64,000 bases of DNA. Origin: Octopus sinensis (taxonomy: Eukaryota). This document shows, one piece after another, positions 1-12,681 of the stretch. The stretch is from NCBI RefSeq assembly GCF_006345805.1, contig NC_043018.1, positions 19,716,001 to 19,780,000 on the forward strand, written 5' to 3'. Every line of letters starts with the position of its first letter. Position 1 is the stretch's first letter. Under the pieces are notes generated by a model. The model worked only from the letters and a program-made list of their open reading frames with translations. It had not been told where the DNA came from and did not search any database. Both the position numbers and the translations under genes were made by a program.

Positions 1-504
1 TATTTTCATCTAAAAAAATTACAATTCTATCTCTTCGCTAATATTTTCATGTTTCCTCTTCACCACCCTAACCGCTGCCCACCACCAAAAAAAAAAACAA
101 AAAAAAAAACTTGCTTATTTTACTGGTCTTTCCAAATATTTTCCATTCCTTACCACTTATCTCTAAAATATGCATTTTTTTGTTTGTCCTTGTCTGGCTA
201 TTTTTACTGCTTCGTTTTAACCTCACCAACTTTACTCGTCTGCTGCTCTTGTCTGTTGGTCTTGTGAATTCATCGTACAAAATTGGGTTTGTCATTTCAC
301 TGCTGCAGTTTTGAGATCTAATTATTTATTTTTGCTTCTGTTTTCCGTTTTATATCTGTTTGCCCAACCATTCTACTGTTAGTTCTTCCATGCTATTTCA
401 ATATTTGCTCTTGCCGTGTATGTATATGTATATATACACACACACACATATATATATGTCTGTGTATATATATACACACACACACACATATATATATACA
501 CATA

Positions 505-726
505 TTACTCTTTTACTCTTTTACTCTTTTACTTGTTTCAGTCATTTGACTGCGGCCATGCTGGAGCACCGCCTTTAGTCGAGCAAATCGACCCCGGGAC
601 TTATTCTTTGTAAGCCCAGTACTTATTCTATCGGTCTCTTTTGCCGAACCGCTAAGTGACAGGGACGTAAACACACACCAGCATCGGTTGTCAAGCAATG
701 CTAGGGGGACAAACACAGACACACAA

Positions 727-767
<41 letters not shown>

Positions 768-933
768 CATATAAACGACAGGCTTCTTTCAGTTTCCGTC
801 TACCAAATCCACTCACAAGGCATTGGTCGGCCCGGGGCTATAGCAGAAGACACTTGCCCAAGATGCCACGCAGTGGGATTGAACCCAGAACCATGTGGTT
901 GGTTAGCAAGCTACTTACCACACAGCCACTCCT
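505..933 (-). mobile_element. Full-length tRNA-derived octopus SINE (family A: tRNA head, internal CA/TA microsatellite, AAAAGAGT-repeat tail)
   Basis: Near-identical copies recur at 7947, 9661, 16735, 23370 and 24845. tRNA-like head (GGAGTGGCTGTGTGGTAAG...GGTTCAATCCC on -) and a tandem-repeat tail. Confidence 0.9.
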
Positions 934-1984
934 ATACACACATGTTTCTATGTGTGTATGCATGTGTGTCTGTTCTGAATGTTTTGTGTGTGTGTCTGTG
1001 TGCTAACCTACTCTTAATGTCACCCCTGCAGAGTCTTTGTGTTGTTGTTGTTCTTTAACCCCAACCCCAGGTCAGCTCTGAATGAGAAGACCTATGATCA
1101 AAGGCAATCCAACCAAGACAGTCCTGTTCTTTTTTTCAAGCGGTATATCTAAAACAATGTTATCCAGCGTGTCCTTCTTTTTAATTTAAGACAGCAACTT
1201 CTAATTCAAGGGCGAATTAGCTGCTATTTTTAATCAATTGAGCCACCCTATAGAGACTCATTGGCATGCCATTATGTATTCTATCTTCATTGAAAATAAT
1301 AACCAAATGGATCAATTAATAGGAATATTGGCTCAATTTTTTGCAGGTAGGTGTGGACGTGACTCTCTGGTCAAAGAGCTATCTGCCCACCAATGTGGTT
1401 CCAGGTTCAGCTCCATTGCATGGCACCTTGGGCTAGTGTTTTCTATTATAGGCTCACTGTCGACCAAAGTGTTTAGATTGGATTTTGTTGGCAGAAATTG
1501 AAAGAAGCCTCTCACACATGTGTATTTATCTGCCCATTTCTCAGTTTATCTGCTTAACCGTCTATCCATCTCTCCATTCATCTGTCCATCCGTCTGTCTG
1601 TCCATTTGCTTTTGTAGACAGAAATTGAAAGAAGCTTTTTATGTCTTTGGGGTTGAATATCTATCTTGTTGCCAACAATGATATGACAACATTGGGTTGT
1701 ACATAAGGGTGTAGGAATAGTATTACCCTAATAAATATTTGGATATGGTTATCTGGAATAACCTTTTGCAGAATTAATATGTTCATGCAGAACGTAGTCT
1801 GTACTACGATGTCAAACTAACACAGTCATCCAATATGGAATGGTCGACGCTGTCAACTGCCGACAGTTCACACAATTTCTTTATTTTTTTGAAATGTGTC
1901 AGACCACTTTTAATCACTTGGGAGATATCAGGATCCTTCCACAACAAAATATCTTATGTATGTATATCTATTTCCTTGTTTGTC

Positions 1985-2340
1985 TATTTATCTACTTACC
2001 TATCCATCCATCCATCCGTCCATCCATTCATTTTTCTGTCTAGCCATCCATTCATTTGTCCGTCTGTCCATCCATCTGTCCATCCATCCATTCGTCCGTC
2101 TGTCCATCCATCCGTCCATCCATTCATTTGTCCGTCTGTCCATCCATCCATTTGTCCGTCTGTCCATCCATTCATTTGTCCATCTGTCCATCCATTCATT
2201 TGTCCGTCTGTCCATCCATCCATTTGTCTGTCTGTCCATCCATCCATTCATCCGTCTGTCCATCCATCCGTCCATCCATTCATTTGTCTGTCTCTCCATC
2301 CATCTATTTGTCCGTCTGTCCATCCATCTGTCCATCTACC
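1985..2340. repeat. Compound (TCCA)n/(TCTG)n tetranucleotide array
   Basis: Directly visible; it explains the HPS/MDG ORFs. Confidence 0.95.
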
Positions 2341-2718
2341 TGCCCATAACCGATGGAGTGCCAGCATTACTGTCTCAAGTCCTGAGAATCATAGGGGCAG
2401 TTCTGTGGTTCCTATGGCTAATAAGTGACCGAGGTCAAAAGATCGTCCCTGTCCAGGGACTCGGTCCAATGCAGGGTCACTCATTTACAGCTGAGTGGGC
2501 TGCAGCAGTGTGAAACGAAGTGTTTTGCTCAAGAACATGGTGCATCACCTAGTCTGGGGATTGAAACCATGATCTTGTGATCCTGTGTGCAACACTGTAA
2601 CCACTTGGCCATGTGCCTTCGTCTGCGGATGAAGAATAAAAAGGAAACTGAATTTGTCTTTGACACAAAGCAACTTCACTAAAGAACAGTATTGATAACA
2701 ATAAAGTATTGAGGCAAT

Positions 2719-3145
2719 CTTTCGTCTCTAGTAGACCTTTCCGTCGATTTCCGTAAAAAAATTTTCTTTTTTACATATGGGCTTGCGGGAACTTTTGAAG
2801 TAATGAGAGCGAAAGAGACTAAGAGAAAGCGATTGTATGACGAGGGAAGTTCTCAGTTATCTCTCTCTTTCACGCATTACTCTCTCTGTCTCTTCACACA
2901 CACTAACAGAAGCACTTCACTTACACAACATACTTTCTGTCTCCCACACCCCATCAAACACACACACACACATGTACATCAATGCTCCCATGCATGGTAA
3001 CTTCAAAAGAACTTCCCTCGTCATACAATCGCTTTCTCTTAGTCTCTTTCGCTCTCATTACTTCAAAAGTTCCCGCAAGCCCATATGTAAAAAAAAAAAA
3101 AATTTTTTTACGGAAATCAACGGAAAGGTCTACTAGAGACAAAAG
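2719..3145. mobile_element. Fold-back/MITE-like element with ~135-bp terminal inverted repeats
   Basis: 2719-2853 is the near-perfect reverse complement of 3008-3145; ~154-bp spacer. Confidence 0.8.
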
Positions 3146-3469
3146 CTCACCAAGTATTGATAACAATAGAGTATTGATAACAATAAAGTATTGATACGCA
3201 GCTAATGTGGGGGATTAGGTTGTGTTGAAAAAATAGCTGAGGTACCGTGTGTGTGTGTGTGTGTGTGTGTTGGTCTTTGACTAATTTTATTGCTGTTGCT
3301 CCGTTCATTGCGATTGTCAACATCACGTGGGATGTTGTGGGTTTCAGCCGGACATGTTGATACAGGTTTCGTTTACGATCAATTATAATAGCACCAAACG
3401 AAACTAATGTAAATTAGTCTAAAAGCTCTGACTGGTTTCAGATCCGGGGGATTAACTACCATCGTTGCC

Positions 3470-3834
3470 GTTACCACCACCACCACCACCACCAACACCA
3501 TCATCATCATCATCATCGTCATCGTCACATCTTACTTATAATCAATGTGACTGCTGTCGTCATCATCACCATCATCAGCATCATCATCATCATCATCGTT
3601 GTTGTCATTGATATCATCACCGTCATGGTTCTTATTGCCAATGCCAACATCTTACGCTTAATGATAGTTATCATCATCATCATCATCATCGTCATCACCA
3701 CTATCATCATCATCATCATCATCATCACCACTATCATCACCATCATCATCATCATCATCATCATCATCATAATCATCATCACCACCATCATCATCATCAT
3801 CATCATCATCATCATTACCGCTATCATCATCATC

Positions 3835-3884
<50 letters not shown>

Positions 3885-4090
3885 GATTACCACCACCATC
3901 ATCATCATCACCATGATTACCATCATCATCATCATCATCACCGCCACCATCATCATCGTTATCGCTGTCATCATCATTGCTGTGGTTGTTACCAGAATCG
4001 TCATCGTCTTCAATGCCATCACTGCCATCTTCATTCACCACCACCACCACCGCTATCATTATCATTATCATCATTACCATCGTCGTCATG
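3470..4090. repeat. Degenerate (CAT)n/(CAC)n trinucleotide array
   Basis: Directly visible. Confidence 0.95.
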
Positions 4091-5523
4091 AACGTTATAA
4101 TTGAGATGTTCGTTAAGTAACTTCACTCTCTGGCTGCATTCCAGATCAGTGATTAATAATAGACTGTACTTTAAATATGTAGGTCAACTTGCGACCAGTT
4201 GTTGTCTTATGTGTGCTGCGAAGCACCAATGAGGACGATGACGACGATGGCTATGATGATGATGACAACCATGATGATGATGATAATAGCTATAACGAAT
4301 CTTAATGATTGCGACAGCATAGCTTCTTTTGTAGCATTCAGATCACAAAAAAATTAACAGAACTTGATTATATTTATGACATAGATAACATTTGTTACAT
4401 CAATGCCAGACCAATTTTCTCTGCGAAGAACTCACCAAACTGGCACCAAACCATCATAGTTTATAGACACGAGTTGCATTCACAACAGAAAACACCCCGA
4501 TTCTTTCTAATGTTTCTGGTTTCGGTTTTGTTTTACCTCGTTATTGTAAGCAATCTTTGTTAATATTAACTAAATTCACAAAAATAAACAACACAAACAG
4601 AATGATAACGATTAAAAAAAATTTCCAGAACGGTTCATTAAATTCTAATGTAGTTTCTTGTTTTTTTTTATTATTATTCTTATTCAAAACGAAATGAAAA
4701 AAGCAAAAAAAAAGCTGAGTTTTAACTATCTCTCAGTGATTCTACATCGAACATGTGGTAACACTGCCATTTTTCTTTCATGGAATTAATTGCAGAATCT
4801 CAATCATGTCTACGTTTTCTTCTTCTTCTTGTTATACAACCGTTTTTCTGGTGCAGCGCATCATCAAAGCACATTTAATTGTGCAGCATATTGCAAATTA
4901 TTTTTTTATATTTTTAACAAGGCAGATTAACTCGCACACATGTTTGCACATGCGCACACAAGCACTCAGGCTACTGTGTGTGTATGTTGATAATTGTATG
5001 TGTGTGTGTGTGTGTGTATGGCGGGGGGGTTATGTGGTTGTTTTGACATGCTTGAGCTAGCAGCTAAATCTTCTTTAAAGATTAATATACTGTGTCTTAT
5101 AATCCAGAGTTCCCTGCACGCAAGAAAAGGATGCGATACCTATGGTTGGGTTGTCTTTGATTGATGAGCGCTAACCTCATGCTAAAATACAGGTGTACAC
5201 ACACACACAAACAAACATACACACACCACCACCACTAGTATCATCATCATCATCATCATCATATTATGTCCTCTCTTCCATGCTTGAATGGGTCAGATGG
5301 AATTTGTTGAGGCAGTCTGTTTTTTACGGCTGGATGCCCTTCCTGTTGCCTACCTTCACCTGTATCCAAGCAAGGTAATATTTCTCCATGGCCAGATATG
5401 TTTTCATGGATGATTGGAAATGGACAACATCACTTGTAGTATGATGCTAACAATGCTTGTTAACAGCCATTGAGACAACAGCATACACAAACCCATACAC
5501 GTACACATATACATATATACGTA

Positions 5524-5801
5524 CTGATTTGAAGATTACAGCTCCAAGCCATCACTGGAACTGTAAAAATCTGTAGAACTTTCCAGAAGTTTACCATTTA
5601 AGTATATATGAGCAGGTGTAGACATGCAACTATATGCATGAGAGACACACATAAAACAAATCACACAAATCTGCACACATGCATACAAACAAAAGTACCA
5701 TGTTGATGTTGTTGAAATTCCATTGAAGGAATCTTGGATCTAGGTTAGAAATTGGCTCTTTCTCTATTGGCAAGAAATCTTGAAATAAAATGGTAAAATG
5801 A
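5524..5801 (+). mobile_element. R4/Dong-clade non-LTR retrotransposon 3' end (ORF C-terminus plus 3' UTR)
   Basis: Translates ...LQLQAITGTVKICRTFQKFTI*, matching the C-terminus of the endonuclease ORF at 29350. 3' UTR shared with 31885 and 32076. Confidence 0.85.
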
Positions 5802-5820
5802 CATACATAATTAATTAATT

Positions 5821-6050
5821 AACTTACAGCTCTTGTACCTGACTATGAACTCTCATTTGTATCTATCATTATAGGTTCATTAGGTTATGTACCAACAAAT
5901 TTTCAAAAAATCTAAGAAATACTTGGTTTCATGGAAAAAGAGCAAAAGAAACTGTCACAGATTTTCCGAATCCAATCTGTTAATGGCACAGTGAAGATAT
6001 GTAAGACATTCCAAAATTTCTTCATCTCAGATTCTTATGTGAATAAATGC
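5821..6050 (+). mobile_element. Older R4/Dong-clade C-terminal remnant
   Basis: NLQLLY(fs)DYELSFVSIIIGSLGYV...RIQSVNGTVKICKTFQNF aligns by eye with NLQLLYPDDKFRFIPVIIGAQGYV...QIQSITETVKTCKIFQKF at 29350-29560. Confidence 0.75.
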
Positions 6051-6171
6051 AATCACTTGGGTACGTGTGTCAACAGTTCATCCAACACACCGACTTCCAT
6101 ACGTACAAACAGCAGGAACTCTTTTGACTCAAAAAGCCTCGTCACTTTGTGACTGGTTTGACATCTCTTAA

Positions 6172-6397
6172 CCCTTTCAACCCGGAATTATTTCTCAAGA
6201 ATTTACTCCCAATGCTGGGGGGTTTGTATGCATGTGAGCTGTCGTTATAGTGTCATACACTCCGATCATACATCTGGCACAACATACCAGAAAAACCGGT
6301 GTGGTACTATACTGCATCACATAGAATGGAAATTTTAATGATTTGGGTTGTAAAATTTTTTGACTGGTACAAATATGTATCAGCCGGGCCAAAAGGG
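6172..6397. mobile_element. piggyBac-type MITE
   Basis: TTAA|CCCTTT...AAAGGG|TTAA termini; TTAA at 6168-6171 and 6398-6401. Confidence 0.75.
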
Positions 6398-6470
6398 TTA
6401 AGAAGAATTTAGATAAAACTCAAAGAAAACTACATTCATTTGTTTTTTTCTCTCCTTGTTTTTTGTGTCC

Positions 6471-6506
6471 CTTTCTGTAGAAGAGCATAGGCTCGAAACG
6501 TAAATG
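6471..6506 (+). ncRNA. Minimal type I hammerhead-like motif (family 2) in a Penelope-type terminal repeat fragment (~6440-6600)
   Basis: CTTT-CTGTAGAA-GAGC atag GCTC-GAAAC-GTA-AATG; catalytic A6 replaced by T. Second copy at 44326. Confidence 0.55.
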
Positions 6507-6794
6507 ACTTTTTCTATTCCTGAGCGTTATGCTAATACATCTGTTTGTTTTGTACACCACCTGTCTTCATCTTTTGTTTTTTTTCGTAAACCCTCCTATG
6601 TATCACACACTCACGTGGTCGCACATGTTGATCCTGTCATTTCTTACCACACATGAACTTCTCCACTGGACTCTTTATCTACTCTTTATCTACCCTTTAC
6701 GGATTCTCGTTTGGAGCTTTACCCTCCGGCTGCACCTCTCCTACATACGGATCACTGTGGACTCTACTCTTCATTTATACATACATACATGCCG

Positions 6795-6890
6795 GCAGAC
6801 AGAATGCAAATCCTTAATTCATAGCCTACAAATGAACAAAATATCTGGGATTATAAAAATCTGCAAGATCTTCTTAAGGTTGAAAGGATG
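6795..6890 (+). mobile_element. Highly decayed R4/Dong C-terminal remnant
   Basis: ECKSLIHSLQMNKISGIIKICKIFLR resembles ERKKLIRRLQIQSITETVKTCKIFQK. Confidence 0.55.
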
Positions 6891-7149
6891 CTGAACAAAA
6901 CAAGATGCTTACCTTCACAACCTTGCAACCAAACCAGTGGCCCGTCATAATTTATTCTAATATTAGATTCAAATTTTGGCACAAGGCCAGAAATTTCAGG
7001 GGAGGGGGTATAATTACATGTACCCCCGTGTTTCACTGGTACTTGTTTTATCAACTCCAAAACGATGAATCACGGCAGAATTTCAATGGACAAAATGCCG
7101 CTGAGCAGTTTGTCCGGTATACTAATGATTCTGCAGCAGCAGCAGGGTT

Positions 7150-7480
7150 ATGATGACAATGATGATGATGATGACAATAGCATTGGCGGTAGTTGTGATG
7201 CTGGTAATGGTGATAATGATACCAGTAGTGGTGGTGGTTTTAGTGATGATGACAAAGCTGATGACAATGATGATGATGATGATGATGATGACAATGATGC
7301 TGGTGATGTTGATGATGATGATGATGATTATGATAATGGTGGTTTTAGTGATGACAACAAAGATGATGATGATAATTAAGGTGATGATGATGATGATGAC
7401 GATGGTGGTAGTTTTGGTGATGACAAAGATGATGGTGATACTACTAATGATGATGATGATGATGATGATGATAATAGCTG
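7150..7480. repeat. (GAT)n/(GGT)n array
   Basis: Directly visible. Confidence 0.95.
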
Positions 7481-7946
7481 CGATGGGGGTAGTGCATAAA
7501 AATGGGGTACTACTTGTTTGGAGAAATGCAAGCTACCCCATAGTCTGTTCTAAGATATAGCCTGTTGAAAGAACTGAAGGGAGGAGCGGGGGGGTGGGAT
7601 GAGGTGAGATGGTGGGGAGAAGAGACCCCCCCCCCCCCGGCCCGACTGACATAATGTCACTGAAGGCTCTTCGCTCCTCTTCCTGGCAGTTTCCCCTTCA
7701 TATTCTCTCTCTCAAATAGAACATAAAAGGTTTGGATGGATGGGGTGGGGTGGGGGAGAAACTCTACCCCCCCCCTCCTTTCCTTCTTCCCAGATGATCT
7801 GTCTGGGAACTGAAGACAGACAGGAAATGAAGGAGGATGCTGGGTAGCAAAGTGGCCACCACAGTGAGAAAGATTTATTACTTCGAGGAACACATTTGTT
7901 GGAGGTATTTTAGCTTAAAATAATGTATTATAAACACACATACAAT

Positions 7947-8329
7947 AGGCGCAGGAGTGGCTGTGTGGTAAGTAGCTTGCTAACCAACCACACGGTTCCA
8001 GGTTCAGTCCCACTGCGTGGCATCTTGGGCAAGTGTCTTCTACTATAGCCCCGGGCCGACCAATGCCTTGTGAGTGGATTTGGTAGACGGAAACTGAAAG
8101 AAGCCTGTCGTATATATGTATATATATATATGTATATGTGTGTGTTTGTGTGTCTGTGTTTGTGTTTGTCCCCCTAGCATTGCTTGACAACCGATGCTGG
8201 TGTGTTTACGTCCCCGTCACTTAGCGGTTCGCCAAAAAGAGACCGATAGAATAAGTACTAAAAGGTGGTGCTCCAGCATGGCCGCAGTCAAATGACTGAA
8301 ACAAGTAAAAGAGTAAAAGAGTAAGAGTA
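7947..8329 (+). mobile_element. SINE family A, full length
   Basis: Reverse complement of 505-933. Confidence 0.9.
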
Positions 8330-8929
8330 TACACACACACGTGTGCACGCACACACATATACACACTTGCATACATACATACACACACACACCTTTAAGG
8401 GTATAAACTTAACATCACCATCACCATCGTCATCATCATCATCCTTATCGTTGTTTCACATCCGCTTTTCCTGCTGGCATGGGTTGGACAGGTTGACGTG
8501 GAGCTGGCTAGCAAGGAGCTGTCCCGATTCCAGCTGTCTATTGAGGCTTAGTTTCTATAGCTGCATGCCCTTCCTAATGCCCACCACTTTACAGAGTGTG
8601 CTGGGTGCCGTTTACGTGTCACTGTCAAGGGTGCGTTAATGCAGCTCCAGCACAGGTGCCTTTTAAGTGGCACTGGCACCTGAGGGGACAGGCCTTTATG
8701 AGTGGAAGACAGCGATTTTACTTAGCTTGATGCGTCTTACCAAATACAGCCAATCGCTACATCTCCCGGTCCCTTGTCATTTCTTCAGTGAGGCCCAGCG
8801 TCCAAAAATCCTTTCTCACCACTTTTAAAGTGAGTCCACAACTATAACCCACACCAGTGTTGCATAACCAGCCCACTGAAAAGTACCTTGGATTGTAGGG
8901 CAACATGCTGTACGTGTGGAAACCTATTG

Positions 8930-9385
8930 AGTCAAGAACATCAACATGAACAGCAATATCAAAATCAAATCAAATGGAAATTGTAGTTGTGCCCCCTATG
9001 TCGGTAGCATGTGAAAAGCACCATCTGAACATGGCCGATGCCAGCCTCCTCTGGCCCCTGTGCCAGTGACATATAAAAAGCACCCACTACATTCTTGGAG
9101 TGGTAGGCTTTAGTGCCGCTTCGACTGGCTTCTGTGCCGGAGGCACATAAAAAGCAACATCCGATTGTGGTCGATGCTAGCTCATCTGGTCCCTGTGCCG
9201 GTGGAACATAAAAAGCATCCTCTACACTCCTGGAGTGGTTGGCATTAGGAAGGGCATCCAGCTATAGAAACACTGCCAGATCAGATTGGGGCCTGGTGCA
9301 GCCTCCTGGCTTCCCAGACCCCAGTCGAACCGTCTAACCCATGCCAGCATGGAAAACAAACGTTAAACAATGATGATGATGGTGA
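8930..9385 (+). mobile_element. Repeat family D (internal ~55-60-bp tandem units; tail ...CGTTAAACGATGATGAT)
   Basis: Homologous copies at 8440, 22171, 33880, 34950, 36225, 41172, 47985 and 49245. Confidence 0.8.
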
Positions 9386-9583
9386 TGTTCAGACATGGCT
9401 GTGTGGTAAGATGTTTGCTTCCCAGCCATGTGGTTTCAGGTTCGGTCCTACTGCATGGCACCATGGTCAAATGTCTTCTACTATATCCACAGGCCAACCA
9501 AATCCTTATCAGTGGATTTGGTAGATAGAAACTGAAAGAAGCCTCCCGTACATATCTCTATTTATCTATCTATCTATCCATCC

Positions 9584-9645
<62 letters not shown>

Positions 9646-9660
9646 ATATATATATATATA

Positions 9661-10004
9661 TACTCTTTTACTTGTTTCAGTCACGAGTAAATCGACCCCA
9701 GGACTTATTCTTTGTAAGCCTAAAACTTGTTCTATCGGGGACGTAAACAAACCAGCATCGGTTGTCAAGCGATGTTGGGGGGACAAACACAGACACACAA
9801 ACACACATACATATATATATATACATATATATATACATATATACGACGGGCTTCTTTCAGTTTCCGTCTACCAAATCCACTCACAAGGCTTTGGTCGGCC
9901 CAAGGCTATAGTAGAAGACACTTGCCCAAGGTGCCACGCTGTGGGACTGAACCTGGAACCGTGTGGTTGGTAAGCAAGCTACTTATCACAGAGCCACTCC
10001 TACG

Positions 10005-10007
<3 letters not shown>
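9661..10007 (-). mobile_element. SINE family A
   Basis: Matches 505-933. Confidence 0.88.
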
Positions 10008-10035
<28 letters not shown>

Positions 10036-10041
<6 letters not shown>

Positions 10042-10245
10042 AAGACCCCCTTCGGTCATGCATGACCGTGGGATTGCATCTAGAAAGTTGCCCACAGAGG
10101 CACAAGTCTGGGTAAGGTTGTTTTGTGGAAGACCAGCAATCAGCCATACATACCAGCCTCCTCTCTCCACACCACTGATGTTGTCCAAGGGAAAAGCACA
10201 GGCCGATACAGCCGATACAACTCATTTCTACAGCCGAATGAACTG
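10036..10245 (+). mobile_element. SINE-like family B
   Basis: Inverted homolog at 29815-29947. Confidence 0.7.
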
Positions 10246-10248
10246 GAC

Positions 10249-10319
<71 letters not shown>

Positions 10320-10322
<3 letters not shown>

Positions 10323-10449
10323 GGTCCCGGTTGAGTCGGGGTTAACCAAGTAAATAAGGTACTCAATACATAGCAGAGTAAATTAATTTACTCCTGATGA
10401 TTTCATTTGAATGAAACAGTTCTAGTCCTGTAGAAGCTCCTTCTATAAA

Positions 10450-10455
<6 letters not shown>
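10320..10455. mobile_element. Penelope-like terminal-repeat fragment with hammerhead core, inserted in (TA)n
   Basis: Same tail as 12682 and 52607. CTGATGA-TTTCATTTGAAT-GAAACAG-ttctagtc-CTGTA-GAAG at 10394-10436. Confidence 0.7.
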
Positions 10456-10488
<33 letters not shown>

Positions 10489-10939
10489 CCATTTGTGTTC
10501 TTATATACACTGGGCTTTGTTCAGTTTCTAGCTACCAAATTCACTCATAAAGCTTTGGTGGCCCAAGTTGTCGTGTAGTGGGACTGAACCCACAGCCATG
10601 CAGTTGGAAAGCTAACTGCTTACCACACAGCCACGCCTTTGCCTCTGACTTCAAAAAGAGAAAAAAAAAAAAAGAAAAAGAAATTTTTGCAAATGGAAAA
10701 GAAGTTTGAGAGAAACTCATTAAGTTTTCTCGTCATGTTTAATTAGTATATTTCGGAATGAAAAGTATTATAATTTGAAATATTGTAATTATATTTTAAT
10801 GATTGTTTAAATGACATCTTACTTCATAAAACTTTGCTTTCATCTTCAAATAGAATTTAATTTACTTTGTACAAATAGATAAATATTCCGATCTCAATGA
10901 GGCAGATTCGGTATTTAAAAACAAACAAAACCACAATGT

Positions 10940-10954
10940 AATTATCATCATCAC

Positions 10955-11008
<54 letters not shown>

Positions 11009-11021
11009 TATCATCATCATC

Positions 11022-11053
<32 letters not shown>

Positions 11054-11110
11054 CATCATTATTATTATCACCATCATCATCATCATCATTATTATTATTA
11101 TCATCATCAC

Positions 11111-11152
<42 letters not shown>

Positions 11153-11190
11153 TATTATTATTATTATTATTATTATCATCATCATCAATC
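10940..11190. repeat. (CAT)n/(TAT)n array
   Basis: Directly visible. Confidence 0.95.
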
Positions 11191-11414
11191 TTCATAGATA
11201 TCTGGTTAAATTAATTTATATCTCCGTTTTTATTTCCAATGCATTCGCTGTTTCATTGTGTGTCTGATATCTTTCATCGCGATGTGGGTCGTGTTGGTTT
11301 GCAAACTTACACAATTACATATCTCATTGAATCAAACACGCCCGCCTACATCTTCACAAGAAACACATAAATTGTTCTATTGTGCAGAATTGCAAATTCC
11401 GAAAAGATATAGAT

Positions 11415-11453
<39 letters not shown>

Positions 11454-12099
11454 ACATCATTGTATTAACTCTGAATGCGATTCCCATGGTTAAATAATAA
11501 TTTACTCACAACTTTGTTGATTTTTCATTGCAGCAGCTAGAAATTAATTGTAATTAAATGTTTCTTTTGTTTAAAAATGTGTATTTCTGTTATCACAATT
11601 ACAGCTAATTAACGTAAGAATGATAACGACAGGCTCATGACAAACAATACCAGGTTTCCATCTTTGATTACTTTTACATCAAAAAGCTAACTCTTCTTTC
11701 CAGACAACCATTCCATGGTTTTATGGATGATCAAACACAGACAGACTCGTTACTTAACGACATGCCAGAGATTGGCTTCGTTAATTTACAGCTAATGTGA
11801 ATCACTCTCACCACACGATAACGAACTGTTACTTTTTAATTAATATTTGTAAACAAATCATTTCAAAGTTATTAACATGATTATAAACAGTCTTTCAACA
11901 TTCATTATGTTGCTATTTAACTGTTGCTATTGACATATATCTATACACCCACCCACACACACATACATACATGCTTATATATATATATATAATATGATGT
12001 ACGTTTACATGTTTGTACGCACAAACACACACACACACACACAAGATAATTGGGATGACAAAGGAATAAGCAATTCCTATGAACTTCATTAGTTTACAG

Positions 12100-12166
<67 letters not shown>

Positions 12167-12681
12167 CCATACATAAATACATATATATACATACATTTAT
12201 ATATATACATACATATATATATATATATACATTTATATATATATACATACATATATATATATATACATATGTACATACATACCACACACATATATATATA
12301 TACCTACATACATACATATATACATATATATATATACATACACACATATATATATATATACATATATATATTAATAAATAACCGCGTGAGTGTGGTGGAT
12401 TTTGAAAATTTATAGCATATAGACTCGAGGCATGGTTATCATCGCCTCGTGGATATATGTTAGTCCTTGGCTTTTCTGCTGATGAGGCAACGCCAGTTTA
12501 GATTGCCTAAACTATGCATAGTCCAGAAAGGAGAAGGTAAATGTATTTATTTCTCTTTCCATTTTAGAATTACAACTATTAGTGGTTTGGAGTTTGGCTG
12601 CTCTTTCTAGTGAGTCGGATGTCCTATTATGGCCATCCCTTATATGTTTGAACATACATATATATATATACATGCATATAT

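Noticed and set aside
68-295. Minus-strand ORF MTNPILYDEFTRPTDK... with a GTAAGG donor at ~153
   Set aside because: No polypyrimidine acceptor upstream, an in-frame stop ~30 nt before the ATG, and no recognised homology.
698-1006. Recurrent ORFs such as MLGGQTQTHKH...RLPNPLTR...
   Set aside because: They are translations of SINE family A.
3525-4104. Long ORFs of poly-M/I/D/H/T/V/G/Y residues here and at 7065-7560, 13770-14880, 20764-21765 and 55786-58484
   Set aside because: They are translations of tri- and tetranucleotide microsatellites, open in several frames, with no domain content.
4437-4569. Possible minus-strand exon ending MMVWCQF|GTGAGT
   Set aside because: Stops in all frames upstream and only a moderate acceptor; cannot be separated from chance.
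7585-7790. G-rich/C-rich tracts (possible G-quadruplex), also 21760-21850
   Set aside because: Low-complexity runs with no supporting context.
11502-11540. 27-nt minus-strand microexon candidate (TTCTAG|...GTT|GTGAGT)
   Set aside because: Weak polypyrimidine tract and poor exonic donor context.
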